DNA of 64,000 bases from Bispira polyomma (lineage: Eukaryota). Position numbers and translations under genes: made by a program. The stretch spans positions 70,060,001-70,124,000 of the forward strand of contig OZ287750.1 of the NCBI GenBank assembly GCA_965649765.1, read 5' to 3'. Numbering within the stretch: position 1 is the first letter of the stretch; every line of letters starts with the position of its first letter. Of the stretch, positions 11,681 to 24,093 are shown piece after piece. Under the pieces are notes generated by a model, which was given only the letters and a program-made list of their open reading frames with translations, searched no databases and was not told the origin of the DNA.

Positions 11681-13618
11681 TACCAACAATACCAACTGGC
11701 AGTGTAGCTAGTATAGCTAATATCACTGGAACTATTCTGGCAATAGACAACCCCAGGTCAGTCGACTCAGACATTCTTAACAGTTCCACAGTCTTATCAA
11801 TGGTCAGACTTATAGCATAGGCCCAGGGGATATAAACTACCAGAACATGGACACACCTACACATTATGAGCATCAGATCACCGACACAGACTCTACCAAT
11901 ACGGCCTCCTTCTCGGCCAACACAGCGTCCTCCTCAGCCAACACAACCTCTTCAGCCATCACAACAAGCTCATCCACCTCTGCAGGTGTTTTTTTTCATT
12001 TAACAACAGCTTAGATAATGTTTTTGGAACATTATGGTGGTCCTGAAAAGGGCCGATTGGTTCTTTTTGCAGCTCAGCTTCATATTCTGGCGTTCTGCCA
12101 CTCCACCGGCCTTCATTGAGAAAGTACATCATCAGTAGCTCCCTCTGCTCTTTCGCTGCCCTGCTTGGATTTTGGTGGTCAGGCGGTTGGTGGTCTCCTA
12201 GCAGTGCCTCCTAAGGGATGGTAGGTCCTCTTTGTTGTTTTCGTGGGGCATTGCCTGGTTGATGGTTGCCGTCCTTATCATATTGTGCAAGAACACACAG
12301 GCCATGCTTACAGTGGCTATCACTGGTGGTTCTTGTTACATTGTTGCCAGCAACACACGAAACCTCTGGACTAGTATTCCAAATGAATTCAACCCTTCTA
12401 CCCCTGGAAATTCTGTAGTTATATATGTGCTTGTGGAACTATAGAGCAAATATGTCGTCACCCTGGATAAAGTAGGGGATGGGGCCTAAAAGGGCTTATA
12501 CCTTCAAGAGAGGGGAAGTTGATTGAGTGATCTTCTATCTATTGTTTCAGTTCAGATTGATTGAAGATCTGAGCTTGAGCCACTGGATCCATGGTCTACC
12601 CTGAAGAATCTGTATTTGCGTCAACCAAAGCCAGCAAAACAATCGAGTGGAACCCCTTGCAATTGAAGTATTTGCTTTGCTTAGTCTTTTCCATCAATGG
12701 AGCCCATGGCATTGGGCACATTCCACATCTGCCTGTACTGAGACTCCACTTTCTTCCAGCCCTCTGGAGTTGTTGGGCAAACAAGAATTGCTCCTGGTAT
12801 TCATAAATGATTGCCTGGCACACCAGAGGACAGTGGCTTCCTAAACCAGGTGGCCTGCTTCTCGATCCTATGTCCTACCCTCCTCTTCATCTCTTGGAAT
12901 GCATCAGGGAAAATCCTCGGGACGTTACGATATGACTTCACATCTTGTAATTCTAGGCAGGGGAGAAGTGCAGAGTAATGCCACATTCCTCACGTTGCTT
13001 GAGTCATGGCTTCACCCAAAATCGACGTATGGCCCTTCCTTGTGTAACAACTTTCCCTTGACCTGTGTCCTCTGTGTCTGTCTCTCTTCTTAATATTTCT
13101 TTTGTTCTTTCCAGATGTAAAAACCTCATCACTTGCTGCTGCAGTGAAGCAAATTAAACTTGAATTATCCCCATAATGTCTATTACATCGTCGTGGAACC
13201 ATCTTGACAATTAAATATGTCTGCATTTGAGATGAGCAACCTATATATAGTGTTCATACGTGACAATCAGGATTTATCGGAGAATCAGGGGTCCCAACGA
13301 GTTATCGTTGGCCACTCTGAGAGGATCTGACAACCTTCTAGAGTTATCTTTACGATCGTAAGCAGTACTACAGACTTATCACCTCGGATTGGGGAGGTGG
13401 AGGCAGCCATATGTGCATTGGGAGGTCAAATCGGGCCGATTGTTAAGATCTATCGGGAGGCCTTCTCGACTTATCGTTCCACTTGGAAGTCTTTACGATT
13501 ATAATCCAGTGACGTAGATTTTCCCGCGTTCTTCTAAAAAAATCTAGGGAAAATGCTGCTGAGTCCCCCCAATAGCATTGTCGGGGGCTAGCCCGATTGA
13601 TCGAAGTGAAACAGCCCC
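11681..13618 (-). mobile_element. Decayed PIF/Harbinger transposon; transposase pseudogene at ~12080-13230 on the minus strand
   Basis: Fragments YFNCKGFHSIVLLALVDAN, YRNVPRIFPDAFQEMKRRVGHRIEKQATWFRKPLS and C-terminal AAKEQRELLMMYFLNE are HARBI1/DDE_Tnp_4-like. One candidate TIR (GTGAAACAGCCCC, to 13618) is followed by aTAA; the left TIR is not found. Confidence 0.8.
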
Positions 13619-13619
13619 A

Positions 13620-14280
13620 TAACTTTCTTAAAAAGTTAAGTAAACCTTGAAACATTATAAAATCTTAACTTTTAAGGTTTTCCTTACTTTTGATATTCAC
13701 CTTTATTTTTCTCCATAAAAATTAAGGTAACTACTGAGGTACCTTAGCTACACAGGGAACGTTAAGGGGTATTTTAGATGTGTGATTGGAAAGAAATACA
13801 TTAATGAATGCTAGTGTTGGTACAAATATAAAAAGTTTTGTGAATTTTGTGAATGAAAGATAATATTTAGAAATTGCTTGCGAAATGAAAACTTGAAGTC
13901 ATGAATTGAAAATCTTTGAATGGTAGCATTAAGTGGTTATCTTTATAATATATATATATGTTCATGGATAAAGAATACGACCTTAAACCCAAAACATTAG
14001 AACTTGTGTCTTACAAGCAGTGATGATAGACTCAATATTTAAAAGTCATAAATTCATGACCTAAAATTGGTAAAATGTCATGTCTTAAAAATATATCCTT
14101 AAAGATGTATCATCAATTTACTATCTCATTCCTACCCTTAAATTCAATGCCTTAAAAGGCTTAAACTGGTAACCTTAAAGTCAATATCTTAGATAGCTCA
14201 AACTAGTAACCATAAAGTCAAGACCTTAGATACCTTAAACTGGTAACCTTAAACTGGTAACCTTAAGATTTTATTATAAT
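13620..14280. repeat. AT-rich repeat with reiterated (A/T)GGTAACCTTAA palindromic motifs
   Basis: Tandem ttaaactggtaacctt units at 14160-14265. Related tracts at 45955-46670, 48596-48860 and 58620-59030. Confidence 0.5.
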
Positions 14281-16159
14281 AGAACTAAATTCCATCAAGA
14301 TGTTCAGTTCATATAGTAAAATTTAGGCATTATAAAATTAATTTACTTGCAACATTCAGCATTTTTAAGACTGACATTTCTCTTGTTAAATTTTAAAGGA
14401 AAAGACATCCTCTTTTCAATGAGGATTTCAAATAAACAGGAGTAAAGTTTAAAAGAATATTTCTTCGATAGACTATATATTTTTGATAAATACATAGGTT
14501 AGTAATTTAAAGGGGTTTGACTGTAGTTCACTCAGTGTTTTAAGGTTTTTGTGCCCAAACCTGAACAATCTTTAATCTTTCTCCATCTCATGTAAAGGTC
14601 AGCTTTATAGCATACAGATGGTGCACATGAGTCTCCATTTAAAAAAGGTGTACTCATAAATGCAGTAAAAACCATATTTGTGTAGTTTAATGTCACTAAA
14701 CTCTTGACCCTCATAATCATGCATAATATATCTAGGGTTTCCATGCCAAGCTTGACGAAGTAATCCTGCTTTAACTCCCTTTGCCTCATCAGTCAGTCTA
14801 ATAACCATTAGAAAAGTAGAGGCAATCATTTGCCCATTTACCTGTACATGTAAATTTTGTATGATAAAACAGTAAGTAGAATTCCATGACTAACATTTTT
14901 TGTCTTGCCTTGACAGCTCAAGTATTCAGACCAACTTGACACTTCGCTGAGTGGGCCATTATATCTTACTTCCTCTATTGAGAAGACAAATCCAGGAACA
15001 GGGTTTTCTCTCTGATGATGTCAGTGTATATATCTGCCTGGGTGGGTTTAAACAGACAAGACTAAGTTAAAACATTAGCTTATTTTGGGGGCTTGTTACA
15101 TATAACATGGTTAGTAAACAAACATTATCACTGTTAAACATTAGTCATATATCACTACAGAATAAACTTTTTTTTCAATACCAAAGTCATATGAGGTGTG
15201 ACAGTGGCTGGATCAGTACAGCCCTAGTGTTACTTTAGGTGACCTTAACTTTGGTTATACACAATAATACTATATACCATACCAACGTTTAATCAGGTGT
15301 GTCATGGATAGCATGATAGATACAGCCTCACTATTAGCTAAGGTGACCTAAAGTCTGATTATGCAAGATAAACATAACATACATAGAAGACAAACTTGTA
15401 GTCTATACAGCTGATACATGAAAGAAAAAAAAAGAAAAATGTAGTAAATACAAGATAGGTGTTTCTGGTAATTACAAGATACACAGATGCACACCAAGTA
15501 TATAGATTGTGAACATAATTTATAAAGCTTAGTTGTCAAACTCATGTGCGATACAGCTCCAAAGTGATCTAAAAGAAGTCGGCTCTGCCACCTCCCCACC
15601 TGTAATATATCTCATAAAATTAAAGACTAATTAAAGTACTTTAGACCTTTGACACGTGCTTCCAACGAAAATGTGAGGAAAAAATCATTCAATGTTAGTG
15701 CATACTCCACTAGGGTGCAATAGTGGTAAAAAAGTTACAAAATATTCCTGTGTCTGCCCTTCTGTCTGTATTTATTTCAAACGTTTATCTTTTGGTCCAT
15801 ATGCCATCCCTCTACCAATTTGCATGTAAAATTGGTTCTGCAGTTTCTGTGTATACTTTGTGACATACACAAAATGATCCAACCAAGGGCAAACACATCT
15901 ACCCCTTGACAAAGAAAGATGGCATAGCCTTAGCACTTACTTCGACAAGAAAACAAATCTGTTACAATATGTTCTTGACATGAGTTTTTTCCATCTTTTT
16001 GGTATAAATGATAAACTGGCACCGCCTTTAGTCAACATTGGAACTTTAGCATGGAAATAACCAACAGTTTAATCACAAATCAGTAATTGGCGATTAAATT
16101 TTCTCTGTGATACAATAGCTACAATAGCCTGTATCAGTCAAGCTGTGGGCCCCTACCTA

Positions 16160-16314
16160 ATTGGTGATGGTTCACGAGTATAAATACCAAGTCAGCTCCC
16201 ACTAAGGGTCTCAGAGCCAAAGGAGCAAAAGGACAAACTAGAAAAAATCCACAACTTTGCAACAGAAATAATTAGCAGAATTGTGGCAAGAGGATCACAT
16301 GTAAATTATCGAAG
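16160..16314 (+). promoter_or_regulatory. GPCR unit 1 core promoter and non-coding exon 1
   Basis: Reverse CCAAT (ATTGG 16160), TATAAATA 16179-16186, Inr-like TCAGA at ~16211, donor GAAG|gtcagt at 16314/16315, acceptor ttttttcag| at 17484/17485. All are conserved in unit 5. Confidence 0.65.
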
Positions 16315-17530
16315 GTCAGTTTATTTTTAATTATTTTTAATTCAAAGGTAAAAAATACTGTACTATTATCAGGTATATGATCAACTATATTCCTTAATAA
16401 TTGACTATATGTGATCTAACCATAATGGGAAAAGACTTGGAAGTAAGGGTTTGTCCGGCAGGGTTTCAGACAGTAAGTAAACTTTGACTATAAGTACTGT
16501 AACAGTAATGTAGTTGTTTGATTAGTACTTTAGGTGATATATTTATGACTTACTTTTTTTCTGAGATATGATTAGAATACAGGTAATAAATAATGTTATG
16601 AAGAAATTAAACAAGCGAAATGTGCTCTGTACAGAGTAGTTCTTTGCAATGAATAGGATAATATAATTGTACTTGTTTATTTTCAATTGTTCCAGTAATG
16701 TTATAATTAATAACAATACTTTTCTGCTTTTTGTACCATTATAGAATAAATGAATATCAAGTTAATATTTAGTTCGGAAAAAGTATAATATAAGAATTAG
16801 GGTATATTTTAGTAGATTTACTTTGTAGTAACTATTACCAGAGGTTACCCACAATTATTCACTCAGTATAATGTTACACAAATATTCTGCACATACTAGG
16901 TTTTAAGATATCTTGAAAGATATAAAATATCATATAGGATTAAGTCTTTGAAAACTAGATAATTACCTAGAATATCATCCGATTGTAGCTTTCAAACATT
17001 TCAAGATTATTTCTTCATATACTATGATTTTTCCAAGATGTAAAGCGATTCAGACACATATTCAAGTATGTATCTTCAAACTGTAATCATGACATACTTT
17101 CTATAGTGCTGAACCAAAACGCAGCTGCTTCGTTATTTTATACCTATCATAGATCAGAGTTCTTGATGGAAAAACAATACATATTGGTGGATCAAGTACC
17201 TGACTAGTAGATTATTCAATGTTCACATTTACATTAAAGTCAAATGTTACATGCAATAACATAATTTTGAATCTTTGTTCACACTTTTAGAGTTTGCAGT
17301 AAAGGTTCAATGTAGTTTTAATATTATCTGTCATACTTTTACTTGTTAAGAGTTGATTACATAACACTAAACCAAAAGAATAACACTAAACCTAAATTCT
17401 GTGATGGTAAGAAGAACTACTATCGATATGGATGCACCCTGTTCAGTAAATTCTAGAATTAAGCCTTTCTGTTGATTTTTTCAGATATTGGATTATCCTA
17501 TAATACAGTTCACCTGGGAAATAGTACACA

Positions 17531-18598
17531 ATGACTATCACCTGGATTGCTTGGGTTTTCACAGCTGAGGGCATCATTGGCTTCCTTGCTAATATAATTG
17601 TGGCTATTGTGCTGTTAAAACATCCCAAGCTGATGCACAATGATTCCTCAAAGTTCATTGTCAATCAGAGCCTCATTGATGCCATTGAATCGGTTCTGCT
17701 GGTGCTGAGTCGCCGCAATCTTTTTGGGAACTTTGGTTTAACATATACCCACAATTATACAGATGGCGACTTCTTTGATGAGTTAGTCTGCAAGGTTTGG
17801 AACCTGGACACTTTTCAGTGGGCTTTTATAGTATGTTCTACATTTAACTTAGTCATTTTAACCATAGTTAAGTACATCAAAATTGTGCATCCATTCTGGT
17901 ACAAAGTTCAGATGAACAACAAGGTGGTAAATGTGTTACTCTGTTTACCTTGGTTGCTTGGACTTTTGTACCAGTTTGGGTTGTTCACTGTCAGGGCAGA
18001 TGTCATTGGTACAAAATGTGTGTATCCTTTATGGCCATATGAGATTATGGGGATCATAATGGGTTGTATTGCCTTTGTATTGCAGTTTCTTCTCCCATTA
18101 TTTATTATGCTATTTTGCTATGTCAGAATCTTTGTGACCATTAAGGACAGACACAAGTCTTTGACATATGTATCAACCCCATCTGCATCATCAAATACTA
18201 TCAGTGTGATTAGCACAGATGTTAGTCACACCAATAGCAACACTGAGATTAAAATGGAAGACTATTTATCAGCCATAAATCCTAGTGAAGTGACACAATC
18301 CAAAGGTGTAGAGTCATTAAATGACATGGCTAAAAAACAAAAAAGTCAAAATCATGACAAAATTGAGAAGAAAGTTATAAAAATGCTTTTCATAGTTTGT
18401 TTAGGGTTTTTCTTATGCTGGGTTTGCAATCAGGTAATGTTCTTTCTTGTAAACATTCATGCCATGCATACAATGAGGGGCACCCTATTTTATTACTTTT
18501 CAATTATATTGGCCAATGCGAACTGCTGCATAAATCCGTTCATATATCTTACTCAGTTTCGGAAACACACTCAGCTACTTTTCACGAAATCTACTTGA
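17531..18598 (+). CDS. Orphan class A (rhodopsin-like) 7TM GPCR, 355 aa, single coding exon (unit 1)
   Basis: Seven hydrophobic segments. N21 (1.50), NQSLID50 (TM2), C87/C163 putative disulfide, W141, FLLP189...CY, NCCINPFIY (NPxxY), helix-8-like QFRK. In-frame TAG just upstream of the ATG. Confidence 0.93.
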   Translation: MTITWIAWVFTAEGIIGFLANIIVAIVLLKHPKLMHNDSSKFIVNQSLIDAIESVLLVLSRRNLFGNFGLTYTHNYTDGDFFDELVCKVWNLDTFQWAFIVCSTFNLVILTIVKYIKIVHPFWYKVQMNNKVVNVLLCLPWLLGLLYQFGLFTVRADVIGTKCVYPLWPYEIMGIIMGCIAFVLQFLLPLFIMLFCYVRIFVTIKDRHKSLTYVSTPSASSNTISVISTDVSHTNSNTEIKMEDYLSAINPSEVTQSKGVESLNDMAKKQKSQNHDKIEKKVIKMLFIVCLGFFLCWVCNQVMFFLVNIHAMHTMRGTLFYYFSIILANANCCINPFIYLTQFRKHTQLLFTKST

Positions 18599-19784
18599 AA
18601 TATATTAAATTTTTCAGGATGATGTAATGCAAAGCATAGACAGGTACTAGTTAAGGTACCTTATTTAAAGTACCAAGTTACAAGAGAATGTGTACAATCT
18701 TACTATTTAATTCATGTTGTCAATGTTTGTGGGGTCAGTATTGTGCCTGAAAATCATATTGCAATGTATTGTGATATTCAAATTATTTTTAAAATAGGTA
18801 TTGCAATACATTAGATCATATTCCAGTAATAAGTTTCAAAATCAAATTATTGGCCATGTGCAAATGCTTGTCAAGTAAAAATGGGAAGCAGTTATTCTAG
18901 AAGAAAGTATACAAACTGTAAATAATGAATGAAAGACTAGGCCAATTGCAAATGCTTGTCCAGTAAACATTGGAAGCAGTTATTTTGGAAGAAAGTATAC
19001 AAACTGTAAAATAATGAATAATAGACTTTATTCTGAAAACATCACTGACAAATAACTTCTACACTCTCATAATTATTTCTAGAACACCAAGAAGTTAGCA
19101 GTATGACTTTACTATGAAACTGATCCACCAACAAGTATTGTTTTTCCAATTTTGTGTTGCAATTTTGTTTAGTGAAGTGCAATCAATTGGGATATGTTGA
19201 TACATCAATATCCTGTTATACCAAATGTGTAACTTGTGTTATATTTAATGATATCTAACTACATGGATGTAATGTTGACATATTGTTCCTAGAATCTATC
19301 TGTATTATTTTTGTAAAACCATGCAAATAAAATGTATCAAAACGTAAACATTAACTATTTCCCTATGTACCACCAGCCAGTCAGACATCTCAGAATAATT
19401 TTGTCATTGCTAAAGAGAGTCCTACTTTTCTTGCAGGAAATATACTTACCCCATTTTTTGTAGTATCTCTACCAGTGTAATTTCTGTGGGCCCTATGGAG
19501 TCTACCCCGCACCCCCCCCCCCCCACCCCACCCCCTCTCGCCAACCGCCCCACCTGCAAGAGCATACACTGGGGTAGACTCAATTTACTAGAATCATACC
19601 CTCATACCCTCTTGAAATATGATGGCACATATATCCAATTAGTTTTAACTGTGGTTGCACAGCAGTTGAGCCTGTTTGTTCTATATTATTATGAAACAAT
19701 TTACAAATACTCCTGTTGATATATCATACTCGAAGGTGTTCATTCTCTGAAATTAATTGTCTCACATCATAGCCTTGGTAGTCA

Positions 19785-19930
19785 TCAGTGGGCAATGGCG
19801 TGTTCATATATTTCCCAATGATGTGTTATCTTATCAATGACCCTAGAGGTATTAACAGTGGTTGAATTGGGTACGATAACCAGACCAACTCCCTAACATA
19901 GATCACTAGACCAACACTCTAACCACTAGG
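19785..19930 (-). mobile_element. Degenerate tRNA-related SINE of a second family (related pieces at ~10090-10262, ~36430-36580, ~52690-52790)
   Basis: The minus strand begins CCTAGTGGTTAGAGTGTTGGTCTAGTGATC (A-box-like). The motif ggcaatgg(c/t)gtgttca is shared with the 10.1 kb copy. Confidence 0.4.
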
Positions 19931-21389
19931 TTATGGGAGTAAAGGTAACCATTGTCATAATGGCTTTCCAGCTTGTGATTGGCCTAAGATTATATCACAA
20001 GCCAAATGTATTATTCCCTCCACTACAAGACACAAATAATGAGTATACTGCAAGTAATGTACAGTAAGAGTGTATTGTACAAAAAGGGTCCAAGAGAGAA
20101 TACTGTCTGTTAATGTGCTTACATTCCAACACACCAGATTCATACATGCTCCCAGTTTGTCTATTTAGATTACTATATGCCTCCTATAATACATAACTTT
20201 GAAAAGTCACTTTTTTCAGACTCAATGGATTTCCTGCATTCCCAAGGCAAAAAAATATGTATATTGACAAGAAAATTGTCAATCATTAACATAATAAATT
20301 ATTCCAATAATATTCACCTTAATCTACATTAATTGTTTCAAGAGTAGCATACAAATACTTATCTCCCACCAGCCAAAATGATATTGAATTGCACCATTTC
20401 GGTTTTAAGCTTTTTCCTGAATCCATAAAGTGTTTCAAGCATTCTAAGTTCAACTGAAAGGCAGTTCCATAGCATAGGGGCGAGAAATACTTGAAATACA
20501 TAACAATGCATTGTTCGATCACAACCAGACTCACAGGACACATTTGTACAGAATTAACTAGATATGACTCGCCATGACATTTTCAAACTGAATAAAACAA
20601 TACATTTAAACCTATATTATCTTAACTTATGTTATCCGAATAATTTATTTTGATGAACTCAATTTCACTATCCCAAATTTATGTTGTTGGAGTTATTGTA
20701 TGCTAACATTTATCTGTTATCTTATGAAATAAATATTAGATTATCTGAACAAAATGTTACTTTGTCAACATGTTCTAATAAAAGGAGGTTCCACAAAAAA
20801 TGTTTCACTGTGTCTAAGAGTAATATCAATAGAATAATGTGGTCACATGTAAGTGTAGAAAATGCATGTTGAAGAGAGTGTGGTCATGGTTGTTAAACCC
20901 TTGTAAACCACAAGTCCCCAGACATGGTTACTGTTTGTTTTACATCTGTCCCCTGACAGATTTATTACATTTTGGGAGGGGGAGTGAAATATTGCCCGAG
21001 CTCCTCCAGCAGCTGTTTTCACCGGTAAACAAAGCAGTGTTAAAATATATGGATGACAAATATATGGGTTTGCATTTAAAGGCATTTGACTGTAGTTCAC
21101 CCAGTGTTTTAAGGTTCTCATCCCTAAACCTGAACAATTAGTAAACCTTTGATACAACTCCTTTAAACATTATGTGGCTGCTTTGTTTCTTTCACCATTT
21201 CATGCAAGGCCAGCTTTATAGCATACAAAGGATGATTAGACATATGAGTATAATTTTAATAAAGTTTATAATTATAAATGTATTTGAGAGGCTGATTTTG
21301 TTACAGAACCAAATTAAATTTAAACTCAATGTAAAAAATCTTATGAACTATAAACGCTTTTCTATTGTTTCTAGAGATGTAAAACATGT

Positions 21390-22104
21390 TTTTATTGCGA
21401 TAAATATCCTTACCTTATCCTCACTAAGTGCTTTTATTCATTTTGAATAATTGCTCGACCAAAAGTCTTTTTTATAAAGACTATTCTTGTTTCTTAATTT
21501 TACCTGTCTCTCGACAACGAGGCCCGCGCATGCGCCGGAAGTGTTGTCACTTCTGTTAGTGCTTGCACACCTCAGATTCATTTTGGTCGTCCGACGTTTG
21601 CCGGGCATTAATAAAAAGGCTGAACCATTAACAGTACACCTCTGACATCATATTTTAAATATTTTCTACTTTACCGGTACGTGATTTTTTTTATGCGAGA
21701 TTTTGTTGTTTACACCCATCAGCAGAGATATACAACCAATGATTACCCATATTTTGTATTAGTATCATATATGACAATTCATGAAATTTATGAATCAGTT
21801 GTGCCACTACACACCTACAAACACCAATAAAATCATAAGCACACATATATATCACCATAACGTCACCCCATCACTTTCGATTGAGTGCATCAAACATACT
21901 GCTATAGGTAACATATAACTAATAGCACTATAAGCTATAACAGACAACTGTCATAAAATCACCCCATCACTTTTGATAGAGTGGCTAACATTTAATACAC
22001 TATAATTCGCTTTTAACGGCCCTTTGGCTGTTAATGATTAATGTCGTGCTGCTAAAGACTTATAACACCCTACAAAATCACATTATCGTACTAATGACAA
22101 AAAA
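21390..22104. repeat. Unclassified insertion flanked by a ~305-bp direct duplication (21081-21389 and 22105-22405); its right part recurs at 29076-29585
   Basis: Direct sequence comparison; absent from units 1, 4 and 5. Confidence 0.7.
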
Positions 22105-23956
22105 GGCATTTGACTGTAGTTCACCCAGTGTTTAAGGTTCTCGTCCCTAAACCAGAACAATTAGCAAACCTTTGATACAACTCATTAAACATTATGTTGC
22201 TGCTTCGTTTCTTTCACCATTTCAGGCTAGGCCAGCCTTATAGTATACAAAGGATGATTAGACATATGAGTATAATTTTAATAAAGTTTATAATTATAAA
22301 TGTATTTGAGAGGCTGATTTTGTTACAGAACCCATTTAAACTCAATCTAAAAAATCTTATGAACTATAAACGCTTTTCTACTGTTTCTAGAGATGTAAAA
22401 CATGTATTTCACAATCAAAGTTAAGGCTTCAAAAGAAAATATATATATCTCCTAGAATGGTTTTATCTCACTCCCTTTACATAATTTTTGTTTACCAAAC
22501 CCTCATGTCATTCAAGAATCTTTGACGTGCTTCCCTCATTAGTTTTAATAATTACACTCATACACAGAATATATAGCAGTGTGAAAGGAAGCACTATTTC
22601 TTTGAGTAAAAGCACAGAAAAGGTAATTATCCAAAAAACCTGAACATAATCATGCATTATGTATCTAGGGTTTCCATGCCAAGCTTGATAAGGTAATGAT
22701 GCTTTAAATCCCTTTGTCTCATCAGTCAGTGTAATTACCATCACGTAAAAAAAATTTATAGTAAAAATGTAAACAGAATTCCATGACTAATATTTTTTCG
22801 TCTTTCATTGACAACCCAAGTATTGTAGATCATCTTGACACATCACTGAGTGGGCTATTTATATCTAACTTCCTCTATTGAGAAGACAAATCCAGGAAGG
22901 AGGTTTCTCTTTGATGATGTCAATGTATATATCTGCCTGGGTGGGTTTTAACAGACAAGACTAAAATAAAACAATACCTAATTTTGGGGACTTGTTACAC
23001 ATACCATGGTTAAAAACAAACATTATCACTGTTCAACATTAATTATATATTACTACAGAATAAACGTTTTTATACAATACCAAAGTCATTTGAGGTGTGA
23101 CAGTTGCTGGATAAGTACAGCCTTGGTGTTACTTAAGGTGACCTTAACTCTGGTTATACACAATAAACCTTTGTACCATACTAGTGTAATATCAGATGTG
23201 TCATGGATAGTATAATAGTTACAACCTCACTATTACTAAAGGTGAGCTTAAGTCTCGTTATGTAAGATAAACCTTACAAACATAGAGGACAAACTTGTAG
23301 TCTTTACAGCTGATACATAAAAGAAAATGTTGTCAGACTCATGTGTGATACAGCTCCAACATGATTTATAAGGAAGGGGTCTTGCCACCTCCCCACCTGT
23401 AATATATTACATAAAATTAAAGACTAATTAAAGTACTTTAGACCTTTGACATGTGTTTCCAACGAAAATGTGAGGAAATAATCATTCTAAGTTAGTGCAT
23501 ACTCCACTAGGGTGCAATAGTGTTAAAAAAGTGACAAAATATTTCTGTGTCTGCCCTTCTGTCTGTATTTATTTTAAACATTTTTCTTTTGGTCTATATG
23601 CCATCCCTCTACCAATTTGCATGTAAAATTGGTTCTGCAGTTTCCGTGTATACTTTGTGACATACATAAAAATGATCCAACCAAGGCCAAACACATTTAC
23701 TCCTTGACAAAAAATTAGCATAGCCTTAGCATTTACTTGGACAAGAAAACAAATCTGTTACAATGTGCTCTTGACATGAGTTTTTTTCCCTCTTTTTTGT
23801 ATAAATGGTGAACTGGCACCACCTTTAGTCAACATTGGAACTATTGCACTGAAGTAACCAACAGTTTAATCATAAATCAGTAATTGGCCATTTAATTTTC
23901 CCTGTGATACAATAGCTACGATAGCCTGTATCAGTCAAGCTGTGGGCCTCTACCTA

Positions 23957-24093
23957 ATTGGTGATGGTTGACGGGTATAAATACCAAGTCAGCTCCCACA
24001 AAGAGTCTTAGAGCCAAATGAGCAAAAGGAGAAACTAGATAAAACCCACAACTTTGCAATAAAAATAATTAGCAGGATTGTGGCAAGAGGATC
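23957..24093 (+). promoter_or_regulatory. GPCR unit 2 core promoter and truncated exon 1
   Basis: ATTGG and TATAAATA (23976-23983) are nearly identical to unit 1. Homology stops at ...gcaagaggatc, so the donor site is lost. Confidence 0.65.

Noticed and set aside
11599-11873. Overlapping ORFs 11599(+) and 11634(-) as genes
   Set aside because: They straddle the junction between the inverted SINE arm and Harbinger internal sequence, so they are chance chimeric frames.
17531-18598. Possible opsin
   Set aside because: Position 7.43 is Asn (Asp in unit 5), not the retinal-binding Lys.
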